Of a stretch of 64,000 nt of DNA, positions 28,357-39,246 are shown in pieces; position 1 is the stretch's first letter; every line of letters starts with the position of its first letter. The position numbers and the translations under genes are program-made. The stretch lies in NCBI GenBank assembly GCA_025999215.1, contig AP024679.1, forward strand, positions 165,645 to 229,644, written 5' to 3'. This stretch comes from Candidatus Dojkabacteria bacterium (GTDB lineage: Bacteria > Patescibacteriota > Dojkabacteria > J137). Under the pieces are notes generated by a model. It did no database searches. It was not told the origin of the DNA and saw only the letters and a list, made by a program, of their open reading frames with translations.

Positions 28357-29505
28357 TTACTCTCTTCTCAAAGGCATTATTAAGTGTAAAAAGTTTTTAT
28401 CTGCTGTATCTTTAAACACAGAAGCTGCTAAAGCTCCCTTGCTCTCAAAAATGATGAATTTACCTGTAACATGGTTTACCAAATCTTGAAGATATCGAAG
28501 GTTGTATGCTGTGTTTAAATCACTAGGACCTTCTGCTTTTTGTATAGCAACAGTAGTTACATTGTTTCCAACTTCTGCAACATTAGCAATTAAACTAATT
28601 TCTGATTTTTCAATATTTACATCCATCAATGTTTTATTTCCAATGTTAATTCTAGCAAAAGTGTTAACTATTTTTATTGCAGCATCCAACTCTGATTTTT
28701 CTACTTCAAAGCTAAAAACATGATCATCGGGAAGAATTCTTTTGTAATCAGGATAAGGACCTTCTAAAAGCCTAATACTAAAGCTGATATCATCAAAAAC
28801 AAAAATTATCTGAGATTTATTCTCACTCAAAAATACATCTAATTTTTCAACATTTTCATGATCTGAAAGAACCTTACTTAATTCTTGTAAAAATCTTGCA
28901 GGTACAATTATTTCTAAATTTTCATCGTTAATTGAAAGGTTTTCTATTTTCGATTTTCTAAGCGATAACCTAAAACTATCTAAGCCCACAAATTCAATTT
29001 CTTGAGCATTTTTATCAATATTAAAAAGACATCCAGTTAATTGGATTTTTCCAACAGACAAATCTGTAGAGCATGCAAACAATACTTTGTTCATTGATAT
29101 CAATAGATCATGTTTGTTGATGGTAAATAAAGGTTCACCCTTAACTTCAGGTAAAACAGGAAACTCGCTACTGTCTATAGTTAAAAAGTCAGCTTCGCTA
29201 GAATTCGTTTTTACATGCAACATGTTTCCCTTTAATTCTATCTCTACATTTTCACCACTCGATGCGGATATAAAATCTGCAATGAATCTTGCAGAAACTG
29301 TGGTTGATCCTTCCTCTTCAACATTGCAAGGTATCCACATATTTATCCCCATATCAAGATTGGTTGCCGAAATATTTATTCCCGAATCTTTAACTTCCAA
29401 AAGCACGTTTGATAAAACTGGAATATTAGGTTTTGAGCTAACAGATCTAGCTGCATAACTCAAAGCCATTCCAAATTTTTTTTGATTTATTTTTGCTTTC
29501 ATCAC
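28357..29505 (-). CDS. dnaN: DNA polymerase III beta sliding clamp
   Basis: A three-domain, 382-aa protein whose N-terminus FGMALSYAARSVSSKPNIPVLSNVLLEV is typical of DnaN. Confidence 0.9.
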   Translation of the reverse strand: MMKAKINQKKFGMALSYAARSVSSKPNIPVLSNVLLEVKDSGINISATNLDMGINMWIPCNVEEEGSTTVSARFIADFISASSGENVEIELKGNMLHVKTNSSEADFLTIDSSEFPVLPEVKGEPLFTINKHDLLISMNKVLFACSTDLSVGKIQLTGCLFNIDKNAQEIEFVGLDSFRLSLRKSKIENLSINDENLEIIVPARFLQELSKVLSDHENVEKLDVFLSENKSQIIFVFDDISFSIRLLEGPYPDYKRILPDDHVFSFEVEKSELDAAIKIVNTFARINIGNKTLMDVNIEKSEISLIANVAEVGNNVTTVAIQKAEGPSDLNTAYNLRYLQDLVNHVTGKFIIFESKGALAASVFKDTADKNFLHLIMPLRRE

Positions 29506-29865
29506 TATTAATTAATAAATAGAAGTATTAAGTAAGTAGTACTTGTTTATATGTGTATAATAACAGATTTTTACTTTGTTTTGTATTTTATTTAAAGAAA
29601 TTTTTCTAAAAAAATATTGTGGATAACTCATGTTGATAAATTTTATAGGAAATCTGGTGATTTTTAAAAATATTTTTATTATCCACTAAAATTTAATGTG
29701 TATAACTTTGTTAAACTTAAAATTTTTGTGTGCGAATTTTATTACTAGTAAAATAAATTGCTAAGCCACATTTAAAAATATTATTATAGGGTATTTAACT
29801 GTTATCCACATTTTTGTAATATAACTTAACTTCCTCGTTTGTAAGTAATTTTTAGATTATTTCGT
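29506..29865. promoter_or_regulatory. putative oriC: AT-rich spacer between divergent dnaN and dnaA with three DnaA boxes
   Basis: TGTGGATAA at 29618..29626 (minus-strand TTATCCACA), TTATCCACT at 29679..29687, and a perfect TTATCCACA at 29802..29810. Long A/T tracts could serve as the unwinding element (DUE). Confidence 0.7.
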
Positions 29866-31275
29866 ATGCCAATGAATATTAAAGATAAAAATCAGCTTTG
29901 GAAAACAGTTCTTGCTCAAATAGAAATTAAACTCGATGCTCCAGCCCAATTTAAAACATTTTTTCAAGATACTAAGTTGATAGATTTACAGGGAAATAAA
30001 GCAGTGATTGGCGTAATAAATCCTTATACAGCTGAATGGCTCAAAGCAAAGCATGAAAAATTAATAAAAGATACCATTAGTTATGTTTACGGTGAAGAGT
30101 TAAAACCAGAATTTCATGTTTATCAAGATACTAACATAAAAGAATTAGAAAAAGAATTTGATTACGAAGAAGCTCCATTGTTAGCTACACAGCATGGTGT
30201 TTTAAATTCTGTAATTGATGAGATTAATAAAGCGGGGCTTAATACCAAGTATTCTTTTTCTAACTTCATAGTCGGTAATCCCAATCGTATTGCTCATGCC
30301 GCAGCATTGGCTGTTGTAGATAATTTGGGAGCAATTTATAATCCATTGTTTATTTATGGCCCAACGGGTGTAGGTAAGACCCATCTAGCCCAAGCAATAG
30401 GCAGAGCAGTTTTAGAAAGAAACATAGCAAAAAAAATAAAATATACTCCATCTGAGGGTTTTTTAAACGACATGGTAAAGGCAATCAAGACTCGCCAACA
30501 AGAAAAATTTAGAGCAATTTACAGGCCACTAGACATTTTAATAATCGATGATATGCAGTTAATCTCTAAATGGGTGGCTACTCAAGAAGAGTTTTTTAAT
30601 ACTTTCAACGAACTTTATAATGCAGGTAAGCAAATTATTATGATTGCGGATAGAAAACCTGATGATATAAAAAATTTAGAATCTAGATTGAGATCCAGAA
30701 TGCAAGGAGGAATGGTAGTAGAAATCGCAAAACCTGATTTTGAGATGAGATTGGCGATTGCGCAACAAAAAGCAGAGAGTAGTGGTTTTGATATTAGTAA
30801 ACAAGCCTTAGAATTCATTGCTAGATCAATTACAGATAATGTTAGAGCCTTAGAGGGTGCTATACAAAAAGTAGCCTTATTTAATCAAATGAAACCAAAT
30901 GGCCACCTAACTTTGGAGGAAATAGCTCATACTTTGAATATAGATTCGCAATCAAAGAGAAATTCAATTAAAATATCAACTGTATTGAAAGAAGTTGCAA
31001 AAGAGTTTAATGTCAGTGTAAAGGAATTAAAGGGCCCTAAACGAACAAAAGATGTTGCATTAGCTCGTCAGGTTGCTATGTACATTTTAAGGGAAGAATT
31101 CGATTATAAACTGGAAGATATTGCGAGGTTTCTAAATAGAAAAGATCACACCACGGTAATGCATGCAGTTGATAAAATAAAAAGTAAAACCATGATTCAA
31201 GATGGATTCCATGCTCAAATATCTAAAATAATATCAGCAATAAATGAATCAAGCATGACTGATGAAGAATTATGA
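29866..31275 (+). CDS. dnaA: chromosomal replication initiator DnaA
   Basis: AAA+ Walker [11 protein letters not shown], and a C-terminal DNA-binding domain ([11 protein letters not shown]). It ends with an ATGA overlap into yidD. Confidence 0.95.
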   Translation: MPMNIKDKNQLWKTVLAQIEIKLDAPAQFKTFFQDTKLIDLQGNKAVIGVINPYTAEWLKAKHEKLIKDTISYVYGEELKPEFHVYQDTNIKELEKEFDYEEAPLLATQHGVLNSVIDEINKAGLNTKYSFSNFIVGNPNRIAHAAALAVVDNLGAIYNPLFIYGPTGVGKTHLAQAIGRAVLERNIAKKIKYTPSEGFLNDMVKAIKTRQQEKFRAIYRPLDILIIDDMQLISKWVATQEEFFNTFNELYNAGKQIIMIADRKPDDIKNLESRLRSRMQGGMVVEIAKPDFEMRLAIAQQKAESSGFDISKQALEFIARSITDNVRALEGAIQKVALFNQMKPNGHLTLEEIAHTLNIDSQSKRNSIKISTVLKEVAKEFNVSVKELKGPKRTKDVALARQVAMYILREEFDYKLEDIARFLNRKDHTTVMHAVDKIKSKTMIQDGFHAQISKIISAINESSMTDEEL

Positions 31276-31505
31276 AGAAAATATTAATTTTAATTATAAA
31301 ATTTTATCAATTTTTCTTTTCACTGGATCACTCTTTTTGGGCAAAAGGATTAAATATAGGTGTTTGTAGGTTTCATCCTACTTGCTCTGAATATACTGTT
31401 ACGGCAATAGAAAAATATGGTGTTTTGAGAGGTACTTGGTTAGGAATAAAAAGGTTTTTGAGATGTAATCCATTGTTTAGGGGAGGTCATGATCCTGTTC
31501 CTTGA
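31272..31505 (+). CDS. yidD: membrane protein insertion efficiency factor YidD
   Basis: [37 protein letters not shown] matches the YidD signature. Confidence 0.85.
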   Translation: MKKILILIIKFYQFFFSLDHSFWAKGLNIGVCRFHPTCSEYTVTAIEKYGVLRGTWLGIKRFLRCNPLFRGGHDPVP

Positions 31506-32175
31506 AAATTTCTATTTCATATTCATGAAGTAATTTTTTAAGTTCTTCTTCATTATTTACAAATTTAAAAGTGAACGCTTCTAACAAACATAAATTTGGG
31601 TTAACTAGTGTTAATTCTTTTCTGTATTTTTTCTTGTTTTTCATTGTAAAACCATAAAACTCAAAATCATAACTTTGATCAATTGAAGCCATTATTTGTT
31701 TAGTTTTTATTATTTTTTTATTTTCGTAAATAATTTCATATTTTATATTTTCAATGTCTAGGTCGATTATGTGAGAGATCATGGTTAAAAGAGCAGGTGT
31801 GGCAAGAAGTTTTCTTTTCATTGTTAATTTTTGTTTTTTGATGATTTGACTAGCGTTTAAGTCATAAAAAACCATTTCTTCAAATGGTACTTTTTTATCT
31901 AAATCAAAAGCTAAATTAAGCAAATCTAACTCAAACAGTGTAGTGTAAACCTTTGCAATATAATCAATGAAGATAGTATAAATTTTAATTGGGAAATTGA
32001 TGGGTGCATTATTGAACCTTTCAAAAGAGCTAGTTATATTTTTAATTGTAATTTCTTCTATAAAATAAGCAATTAACTCTTCTATATTTTTAGTTGTTTC
32101 TTTTGTTAGTTTTTTGTTGGTTGTGATGTGAATTTCTTTTCCCAGATAACTAAACTTATAATTTTTTCGGAACAT
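31477..32175 (-). CDS. hypothetical protein
   Basis: A clean 232-aa ORF with no recognised domain. Confidence 0.35.
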   Translation of the reverse strand: MFRKNYKFSYLGKEIHITTNKKLTKETTKNIEELIAYFIEEITIKNITSSFERFNNAPINFPIKIYTIFIDYIAKVYTTLFELDLLNLAFDLDKKVPFEEMVFYDLNASQIIKKQKLTMKRKLLATPALLTMISHIIDLDIENIKYEIIYENKKIIKTKQIMASIDQSYDFEFYGFTMKNKKKYRKELTLVNPNLCLLEAFTFKFVNNEEELKKLLHEYEIEIFKEQDHDLP

Positions 32176-32224
32176 AAACTAAAAAATTTATTATAAATAG
32201 TTTATACTATTGTAAAACAAAATT

Positions 32225-32821
32225 ATGAGCAAGCAAAAAAAACGACATATTTTTAATTTACTTAAACCAGTTGAACCCCCAAAAACTGTATGGGACAAGA
32301 TTTATGATTGGATTTTAACTAGAGCAAAAATAGTTATGATGCTGGCTGAAGTATTTATAGCGATTGCATTTTTTTCAAAAGTTATTGTTGATACTCAAGC
32401 GAAAAGCAAAATTGAAACTATCAATTCTTTCACTGCTCAAGCTCGTTTGTATGTAGATGAGAATGGAGTAGCGAACGCAAGGCTATCTCGGTATTCTGAG
32501 ATTCAAGCTAGATCAAGCGATTACGTAAAGCTTTGGAATGGTAGTTCAAATTTAGCTACAGTTTTAGAAGAAATATATTCATACATACCAAATCAAGTTG
32601 CAGATGTTAATGTCAGTATTCAAGCAAATAGGCTGATGATTTCAGGTCAAATTGAGCTAGATACGCTCAGGTCTATTGAAAATTTGATAGATAATTCCCC
32701 AACGTTTGTGGACTCTGAGATAACTTTAATAATTGAGGAAGATGATTCTCTGGCCGGTTTGGGTTCATACTCGCTTGAAGCAACGATTTCAGAAGATTTT
32801 TTAACTAGACAAGATATATGA
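32225..32821 (+). CDS. hypothetical bitopic membrane protein (possible PilN-like pilus assembly component)
   Basis: A short basic N-terminus, a single TM helix, then an extracytoplasmic domain. It is the first of three co-directional, overlapping small membrane-protein genes. Confidence 0.3.
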   Translation: MSKQKKRHIFNLLKPVEPPKTVWDKIYDWILTRAKIVMMLAEVFIAIAFFSKVIVDTQAKSKIETINSFTAQARLYVDENGVANARLSRYSEIQARSSDYVKLWNGSSNLATVLEEIYSYIPNQVADVNVSIQANRLMISGQIELDTLRSIENLIDNSPTFVDSEITLIIEEDDSLAGLGSYSLEATISEDFLTRQDI

Positions 32822-33432
32822 GTCAAAGAAGAAATTTTGATTTAAATAAATATCTCCAAAGCAGCAAACAAAAAAGTTATTTTGTAACTGCAGTTACACT
32901 TTCACTTGTAGTTTTAGTTTTTTTGGTGGGAATTTTACCTGCATATAGTGCAATTGTTTTTCAGATAGATCAAAATAAAAAACGTGATGAAGCAACGAAA
33001 ACATTACAAGCGGTGATAGAGCAGTTTAAAAATTTTATAAATCAAGAGGAGAATGAGTTCACAATATTATCTACTTTTAATGATATTTTTCCAGAAAAAA
33101 TGGATCAAAGTTCTGTGATTGAGGATTTTGTAAATTTCACCAAACAAAGAGACATAGAACTCAAGTCGATAAGTTTTAGTCAGGTACAAAGGGAAATTCC
33201 TCTTCAGAGAGAATTCAAAACTAGGGATGTCGTTAAGTATCAATATGCATCAATAAATGTTGCAGGATCTCGACGTAATATTTTAGATTTAATAGAGGAT
33301 GTTGAAAGATCTAAAAGAATTTATAACATCGTAAATTTGGAAATTTCTAAAGACTACAGAGGTTTACCTAATACTTCTGAATTTAATGCTACAATTAGAG
33401 TAGAATTTTATTGGACACAAAAAGGTTTTTAA
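32818..33432 (+). CDS. hypothetical bitopic membrane protein (possible PilO-like)
   Basis: It has the same architecture as its upstream neighbour, with a 4-nt overlap. Confidence 0.3.
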   Translation: MSQRRNFDLNKYLQSSKQKSYFVTAVTLSLVVLVFLVGILPAYSAIVFQIDQNKKRDEATKTLQAVIEQFKNFINQEENEFTILSTFNDIFPEKMDQSSVIEDFVNFTKQRDIELKSISFSQVQREIPLQREFKTRDVVKYQYASINVAGSRRNILDLIEDVERSKRIYNIVNLEISKDYRGLPNTSEFNATIRVEFYWTQKGF

Positions 33433-33436
33433 ATTT

Positions 33437-33628
33437 ATGAGTCAAAATTTAAATAAACAATGGCTTTTTTTAATTATTGTGCTGGTCGTAACCATGCTAG
33501 GGGCTGTTGCATGGGAAATTTACTCAATTTATTTTGATGAAACTAGAGAAACTGTAAGAATTAGTCTTGAACCGCTTCCAAGTAGTTATCTTATTCCACA
33601 AAACTTAAAGAATCATATTTTGGATTAA
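33437..33628 (+). CDS. small single-TM membrane protein
   Basis: It is 63 aa with one TM helix and is the third gene of the trio. Confidence 0.3.
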   Translation: MSQNLNKQWLFLIIVLVVTMLGAVAWEIYSIYFDETRETVRISLEPLPSSYLIPQNLKNHILD

Positions 33629-33779
33629 TTTTCTGTGGCAAGATTATTTTTCTTTCTTGAAATGAAAGATCTAATTTTGATGTAACTCCAATAGGTGCTC
33701 CATCCAGTCAAAATACCTAGCCCAAAAGTTATACCAATATAAAAAATATGTGAAATTATCATACTTTTTAAAATAAAAA

Positions 33780-36069
33780 TTAATTACCTGCTTTAAGTTG
33801 AGCAATAAAACTATCTGCGTCGTCTATCAATACTTCTCTTGGTTTAGGACCATTAGCTGGCCCAACTACTCCTGCTTCTTCAAGTTCATCAAGTAGTCTT
33901 GCTGCTCTATTGAAACCTATGTTTAATCGTCTTTGCAGGTACGAAGCTGACCCTTTTTTGCTTGCAACTACAATACGAATAGCTTGTTCAACTAATGAAT
34001 CGCCCGAAATGTCACTTAGTGCTTCATTTACAGCTTCTTCTTCAGACATTTGTTTTTCTAGTATTTCTGGCAAATATTCAACTTCTGGCGCTTGAGATTT
34101 TATAAAGTCAACAATTCTTATAACTTCTTCTTGTTCAATGTAGGGGCCTTGCAATCTGATAGCTCTTGTTTTGTCTGGTGCTTTATACAAAAGGTCACCA
34201 TTTCCCATCAAGCTTTCGGCGCCAATATGATCTAGAATTACTCTTGAGTCTGTGCTGCTAGTTACACTCATACCGACTCTTCCTGGAATATTTGCTTTAA
34301 TTAATCCTGTGATCACATTAACCGATGGTCTTTGTGTTGCTAAAATTAAATGTATACCAACAGCTCTAGCAAGTTGAGCAAGTCTAACTATGGCTGTTTC
34401 TGTTTCACCACGGTTAGAAGTCATCATCATATCGGCCATTTCATCTATAACTATAACAATATATGGCATAGCTGCAAAACCCTTTTTCTTATTGTAAGCC
34501 GAAATGTTTCGCACTTGCTCTTTAGCTAGAATTGAATACCTCCTTTCCATCTCCCCTGAAACAGCCCATTTTAGAGCATTTAAAACTTCAGACATATCAG
34601 TAATCACAGGAGTAAGCAAATGAGGTATACCATTGTAATCTGATAATTCAACCTGTTTTGGATCCACCAAAATGAGTCTTAGTTCATCAGGTGATTTATT
34701 CATTAACAAACTGCTAATAAAAGTATTTGTAAGAACTGATTTACCAGAACCTGTTGCTCCAGCAATTAATAAGTGAGGCATTTTCTCTATTCCTGCAATT
34801 AATGGACTTCCATCTATACCTTTTCCAATTGGCACAGGTAACACAAAATTACTTCCTTGCATTTGTGTTGCTTCCATGATCTCTTTAATTCTCACTATAT
34901 CTCTTTGACTCCTCGGAACTTCTATTCCAAGGTAAGATGTTTCAGGAATAGATTCTATTCTAATTGATTTAGAATCTACTCCTCAGCGCCAAAGCAAGAT
35001 TTTCAGATAATGTTGCGACTCTCGATACCTTTATTCCCAGAGGTATATTTAGGGCGTATTGAACCACAGAAGGTCCAATGAAAGCGTCTTCAACTTTGGC
35101 ATTTATGTTGAAGCTTTCTAAAATTTGTTCAATAATTTTGGCGTTTTGTTCTATTGCTATTTCTTTGGATTTAGTTTTTTTGTAGGGTATAAGTAGGTTT
35201 AATGGAGGTAATTTCCAATTAGGATACTTTAATTCAGGTTGAACCAAACCTTCATCGCCAATTTGTGCTTCTTTTATTTCTACACTTGGATAAGTCTGAA
35301 GATTTTTTTGTTATAACCTCCGCTTGAGTTTTTACTTCCTCGTTTTTTGTTTGTGGTTTGTTCTATTTTATTATTAATAACTTCTTTTTCTTTTACATTT
35401 TTAATAATTTTATTAAAATCGCCAAAAGTTTTGGGTTTTTCATTTGCATTGTCTATTGTTATTCCTTTGTTTCTTTTTTGTTCTTTAAGTTTTCTTAGCT
35501 CTACCTTTTCTTCTTCTGTAAGAATTAAGCCGGAAGCTCGACCAATAAACCTAAATGCTTTTTGAAAGAAAGAAAATATTTTAGCGCTTGGTATTGCAAG
35601 GGCAAGTGGCAATAAAAAAATTAATGCAAAAATCAGTATTAGTTTTGTTGCCGGTTGAGTAGGTATCGTATCGCCAAAAAAATCTTTAATTAAGAAAAAA
35701 CCAACTTCGCCTCCAATATCTCCTTTTCCCGTTGCTCTTGATAGTTCCGCAGGGGTTTTTGAAAAGGATGTTAGCAGTGCGGGTATTATCCAGACTAACA
35801 AAAACTGAGCAAATAAGCTTATGGGTTTGGTGAGAGAAATTTTTACATTCAAAAAAGATAGTCCCAGAAAAAACAGAAATATCTGACGTTATGATGGTAG
35901 AGCTACCGAAAATATTCCTAGTTCTAATGAAGAGGTTAGATTGATTTTCTGATACTGCAAAAATTGAAACAAAAAAGAACAAGGCAAGTAAAATTAACAT
36001 TATCCCAACAAATGTATAGGTTTCTTTGCTATCGTAAGTGATTTGTTTTTTCTTTCTTCTTCTACCCAT
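33780..36069 (-). pseudogene. ftsK: DNA translocase FtsK split into four ORFs by three frameshifts (pseudogene or assembly indels)
   Basis: ORFs 35686..36069, 35280..35852, 34969..35247 and 33780..34895 match, in order, the FtsK N-terminal TM region, a TM/linker region, the alpha domain (KLPPLNLL) and the motor domain (GATGSGKS Walker A, DEMADMM). The ORFs alternate between two frames. The 190-aa ORF to 92-aa ORF junction falls on a T7/A7 run at 35303..35309. Confidence 0.75.
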
Positions 36070-36402
36070 ACTTTATTTTATCACGAAAACAAATCATGTT
36101 TAATTTGGTATAATTTGTTTATGTTAGAAGAACCTACCAATTTAACCCCTGATAGTATTGAAAGATTGATTGGAAAATTATTGGCATATACGGTAATAGA
36201 TTTTAAGGATGAATATGAAAATGTAGTTGATTGGGGTCTCACAATTTTAATGATAACAAAAAATTTAGATTCAATTGAAAATTATATAAATCAAAACTTA
36301 GAACAATTAGTTCATTGTAAAGAAAATTCTATTCTTTTAGGGGGAGCATTACAAAGACTGTATGGATTTTTCAACAAAATAATTAACCATTTGCAAACAT
36401 GA
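36043..36402 (+). CDS. hypothetical protein (likely starts at ATG about 36120)
   Basis: A clean ORF with no recognised domain. Confidence 0.3.
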   Translation: MFFLSSSTHTLFYHENKSCLIWYNLFMLEEPTNLTPDSIERLIGKLLAYTVIDFKDEYENVVDWGLTILMITKNLDSIENYINQNLEQLVHCKENSILLGGALQRLYGFFNKIINHLQT

Positions 36403-36738
36403 AAGGTTATGAAAATTATGTAAGAAAAGCTGAAGATCAAAAAGAACGAGTTATACAATTAGCTCATAGAGTAGGTTGGACAATAACTGACAACAATTGA
36501 TTTTTTGTTATTAAGGAAAGTAGCAGTGTATAAATCGCTTAATAATTGGTGGAAATTTTTTGTAAACTAAATGGAGTTTTGCACGACAAAAATTTATCAT
36601 TGTTCTTCTTGGTTTCCACTTTTGTAACAAGAATATGTTGGTCTGATAAATACAGTTATTGCTAAGTTAATTATTAGATGGTAGTTATATTTAAGTATCC
36701 CTTTTCTTTAAGAAAATAAAAAAAGGAATTCAGGTCTT

Positions 36739-37305
36739 TTACAAATCATAACTTAAGTCCATGTGATTCGGTTGAGCAGAATCAATATTATAATCGTGAT
36801 TAGCAGAATCTAAAAATACCCTAACTTTTCTAGAAATTTCTATGTTACTATCGTTAATATTTTCTTGAGTGTGAAGGTGATTGATAAAAACATTTAAAAG
36901 TTCTGTAATAAATTCTGTATCATTTTGTAATGCTGTAAACATGTATTGAGTATATTGAGCCTCTTCCATGCTTGATTCTTGCGTGTTTTCATTTTTTTTG
37001 CTCCTAAATTCAATAACCTTTTTTTTAATTGCGGTTAAAAAATCAATTAAAAATGCTTCAAAATCTGTAAAAATTTTGGTTAGGTTGGGATACACTTTTA
37101 AAAGTGTAGTATTCACTTCATCACCCTTAACATTACCTAACAATTCGGATTGTTTAGATGCGTGTTGATCTATCCATTCTTCAACTAAACTATTAATGTC
37201 CAGCTCATGGCTTCCAATTAAGTTTATAAAATGGTCTATCTCTATTTCAATAGAGCCCTCTTTACGTTCAGGATTGGGATTAATCTCACCGCTACCATAA
37301 TTCAC
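36739..37305 (-). CDS. hypothetical protein
   Basis: A clean 188-aa ORF. Confidence 0.35.
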   Translation of the reverse strand: MNYGSGEINPNPERKEGSIEIEIDHFINLIGSHELDINSLVEEWIDQHASKQSELLGNVKGDEVNTTLLKVYPNLTKIFTDFEAFLIDFLTAIKKKVIEFRSKKNENTQESSMEEAQYTQYMFTALQNDTEFITELLNVFINHLHTQENINDSNIEISRKVRVFLDSANHDYNIDSAQPNHMDLSYDL

Positions 37306-37330
37306 AAAACTACATCTCTCTAACTAACAA

Positions 37331-37879
37331 TTATTTCAATAACACTCTATCAATTACGTGAACCACTCCATTTTCCGCTTCTAAATCTACCTTAACTACC
37401 ATTACTTTTTGACCAGATTCGTCTTGCAAATACACATTATCATTTTCGATTAAAACTGTTAGTTTTCCACCAGATAAAGTTTCGATGCTTTGATTGTTTT
37501 TTAAATCTTCAGCTCTTACTTTGCCCATGACAACATGGTATTTGAGCACATCTTGTAAGCTTTCTTTATTTTCATCTTTCAATAAATTATCTAATGTATC
37601 ACCTAAGGTTGAAAAAGCTTCATTTGTTGGTGCAAAAACCGTATATTCTCCAGTTTCTAAAGTGGACCTTAATTCAGCTTTATCTATTGCTGTAACCAAA
37701 GTTGATAAATTTTCATTAAGTAAAACCTCAACTATATTTTGTTGTTCTGTAACTTCATTATTTTCTACTTCCTCCGTGGTGTCTTTTTCTTTTAAAATTT
37801 CGGTGTATAAAAAGTAACCTCCGGTTGCCGATATAGAAACTATTACGAGAAGCAATATTAAATTTCTTAAACTTTGCAT
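37331..37879 (-). CDS. fasciclin (FAS1) domain protein, membrane-anchored/secreted
   Basis: An N-terminal TM/signal segment, then a FAS1 domain with the motifs TVFAPTNEAF and LKYHVV... Confidence 0.8.
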   Translation of the reverse strand: MQSLRNLILLLVIVSISATGGYFLYTEILKEKDTTEEVENNEVTEQQNIVEVLLNENLSTLVTAIDKAELRSTLETGEYTVFAPTNEAFSTLGDTLDNLLKDENKESLQDVLKYHVVMGKVRAEDLKNNQSIETLSGGKLTVLIENDNVYLQDESGQKVMVVKVDLEAENGVVHVIDRVLLK

Positions 37880-38000
37880 AAATTTAAAAAATAATAAGTA
37901 ATAATTAAATTTAACATAAAATCTATATTATCTCAATTGGCATTCTCAAGCTTGATCTGCTAGATATGATATAATCTAATGGTTATTATTTAAAGAAGAT

Positions 38001-39101
38001 ATGGCAAAGCGAGATTATTACGAAGTATTGGGGGTAAGTAAAAACGCTACTAAGCAAGAGATTAAAAAAGCTTATAGAAAGTTAGCTAAGCAATATCACC
38101 CAGATAAAAATAAATCAGCCGATGCAGAAGAAAAATTCAAAGAAATTCAGGAAGCTTACGATGTTTTAAGTGATGATCAAAAAAGGTCAGCATATGATCA
38201 GTATGGCTTTGCTGGAACCAAAGGTTTTAGTGGAGGAGGTTTTTCAAGCGAAGCGTCTTGGGGCGACTTTTCTGAGGCATTTGGAGGTTTTGGTGGAAGT
38301 TTGGATGATTTGTTACAAGGTATGTTTGGAGGAAGTTTTGCAGGTTTTGGTAATTCTAATTTCAAAGCAAAATCCCATCGTGGTAGAGATCTAGAAGTAA
38401 GTATATCAATTAGTTTTGAAGATGCTGTTTTTGGTTGTGAAAAGACAATCAAATATAAAAGATATAAAACTTGTGGTGGTTGCAATGGAAGCGGTTCTAC
38501 CAACAAAAAAACAAAATCTTGCTCAAATTGTAATGGGTCTGGAAGAAGTGTAAAAATTCAAAAAACAATATTTGGATCTATGCAAATGGTTTCCACTTGT
38601 GAAGTATGTGAAGGAAGCGGGCAAATTCCTGATAAACCTTGTGGCAAGTGTGGTGCAACAGGAAGAGTTTTAACTGAAGATAGCTTAACTGTTAAAATAC
38701 CAGCAGGAATTCCTGATGGGGTAACATTGAGGTTTGAAGGTAGAGGAGATGTAGGACCTTTAGGTTCTGAGAGTGGTGATTTGTTTGTTAATATAGAGGT
38801 TGAGCCAAGCGAAATTTTTGAAAGAAGAGGAGATGATATTTATGTTGATAAGAAAATACCAGTCTATACCGCAGTTTTAGGTGGAATTGTAGAGGTACCT
38901 ACTGTTCAAGGTGATGTAAAAATGAAAGTTCCTCCAGGTGTACAATCAGAAAAAGTTTTAAAACTTAAAGGAAAAGGTGCTCCAAGATTCAGAGGAGGAG
39001 GTTATGGTGATCAATACGTAAGACTCATTGTTGAAATACCTACAAAATTAGATAAAGAAGAAAAAGAACTTTGGGAAAAGCTAAGAAAATTAAAGGAATA
39101 A
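38001..39101 (+). CDS. dnaJ: molecular chaperone DnaJ
   Basis: A J-domain (DYYEVLGV...HPDKN), a G/F-rich region, four CxxCxGxG zinc-finger repeats, and a C-terminal domain. Confidence 0.95.
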   Translation: MAKRDYYEVLGVSKNATKQEIKKAYRKLAKQYHPDKNKSADAEEKFKEIQEAYDVLSDDQKRSAYDQYGFAGTKGFSGGGFSSEASWGDFSEAFGGFGGSLDDLLQGMFGGSFAGFGNSNFKAKSHRGRDLEVSISISFEDAVFGCEKTIKYKRYKTCGGCNGSGSTNKKTKSCSNCNGSGRSVKIQKTIFGSMQMVSTCEVCEGSGQIPDKPCGKCGATGRVLTEDSLTVKIPAGIPDGVTLRFEGRGDVGPLGSESGDLFVNIEVEPSEIFERRGDDIYVDKKIPVYTAVLGGIVEVPTVQGDVKMKVPPGVQSEKVLKLKGKGAPRFRGGGYGDQYVRLIVEIPTKLDKEEKELWEKLRKLKE

Positions 39102-39246
39102 TTTGTACAAATTGTTCAAATGTTTTTAACATTACGTCGTAAAAGCTTATATAAAAATAAAACTAAGCTTGGTTTTATTTGAGGAATTTGACAAAATATC
39201 GTTGTTAAAATATAATTAATCTAACTTTAGAATAATATAATTACAA

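Noticed and set aside
36399-36503. A 33-aa ORF (MKGYENYVRKAEDQKERVIQLAHRVGWTITDNN) beginning with an ATGA overlap on the stop of the 36043..36402 gene.
   Set aside because: It is too short and has no features, so it cannot be supported without conservation data.
38170-38506. Two short ORFs (74 and 102 aa) inside dnaJ.
   Set aside because: They are alternative-frame and antisense reads of the G/F-rich and zinc-finger coding region of dnaJ.
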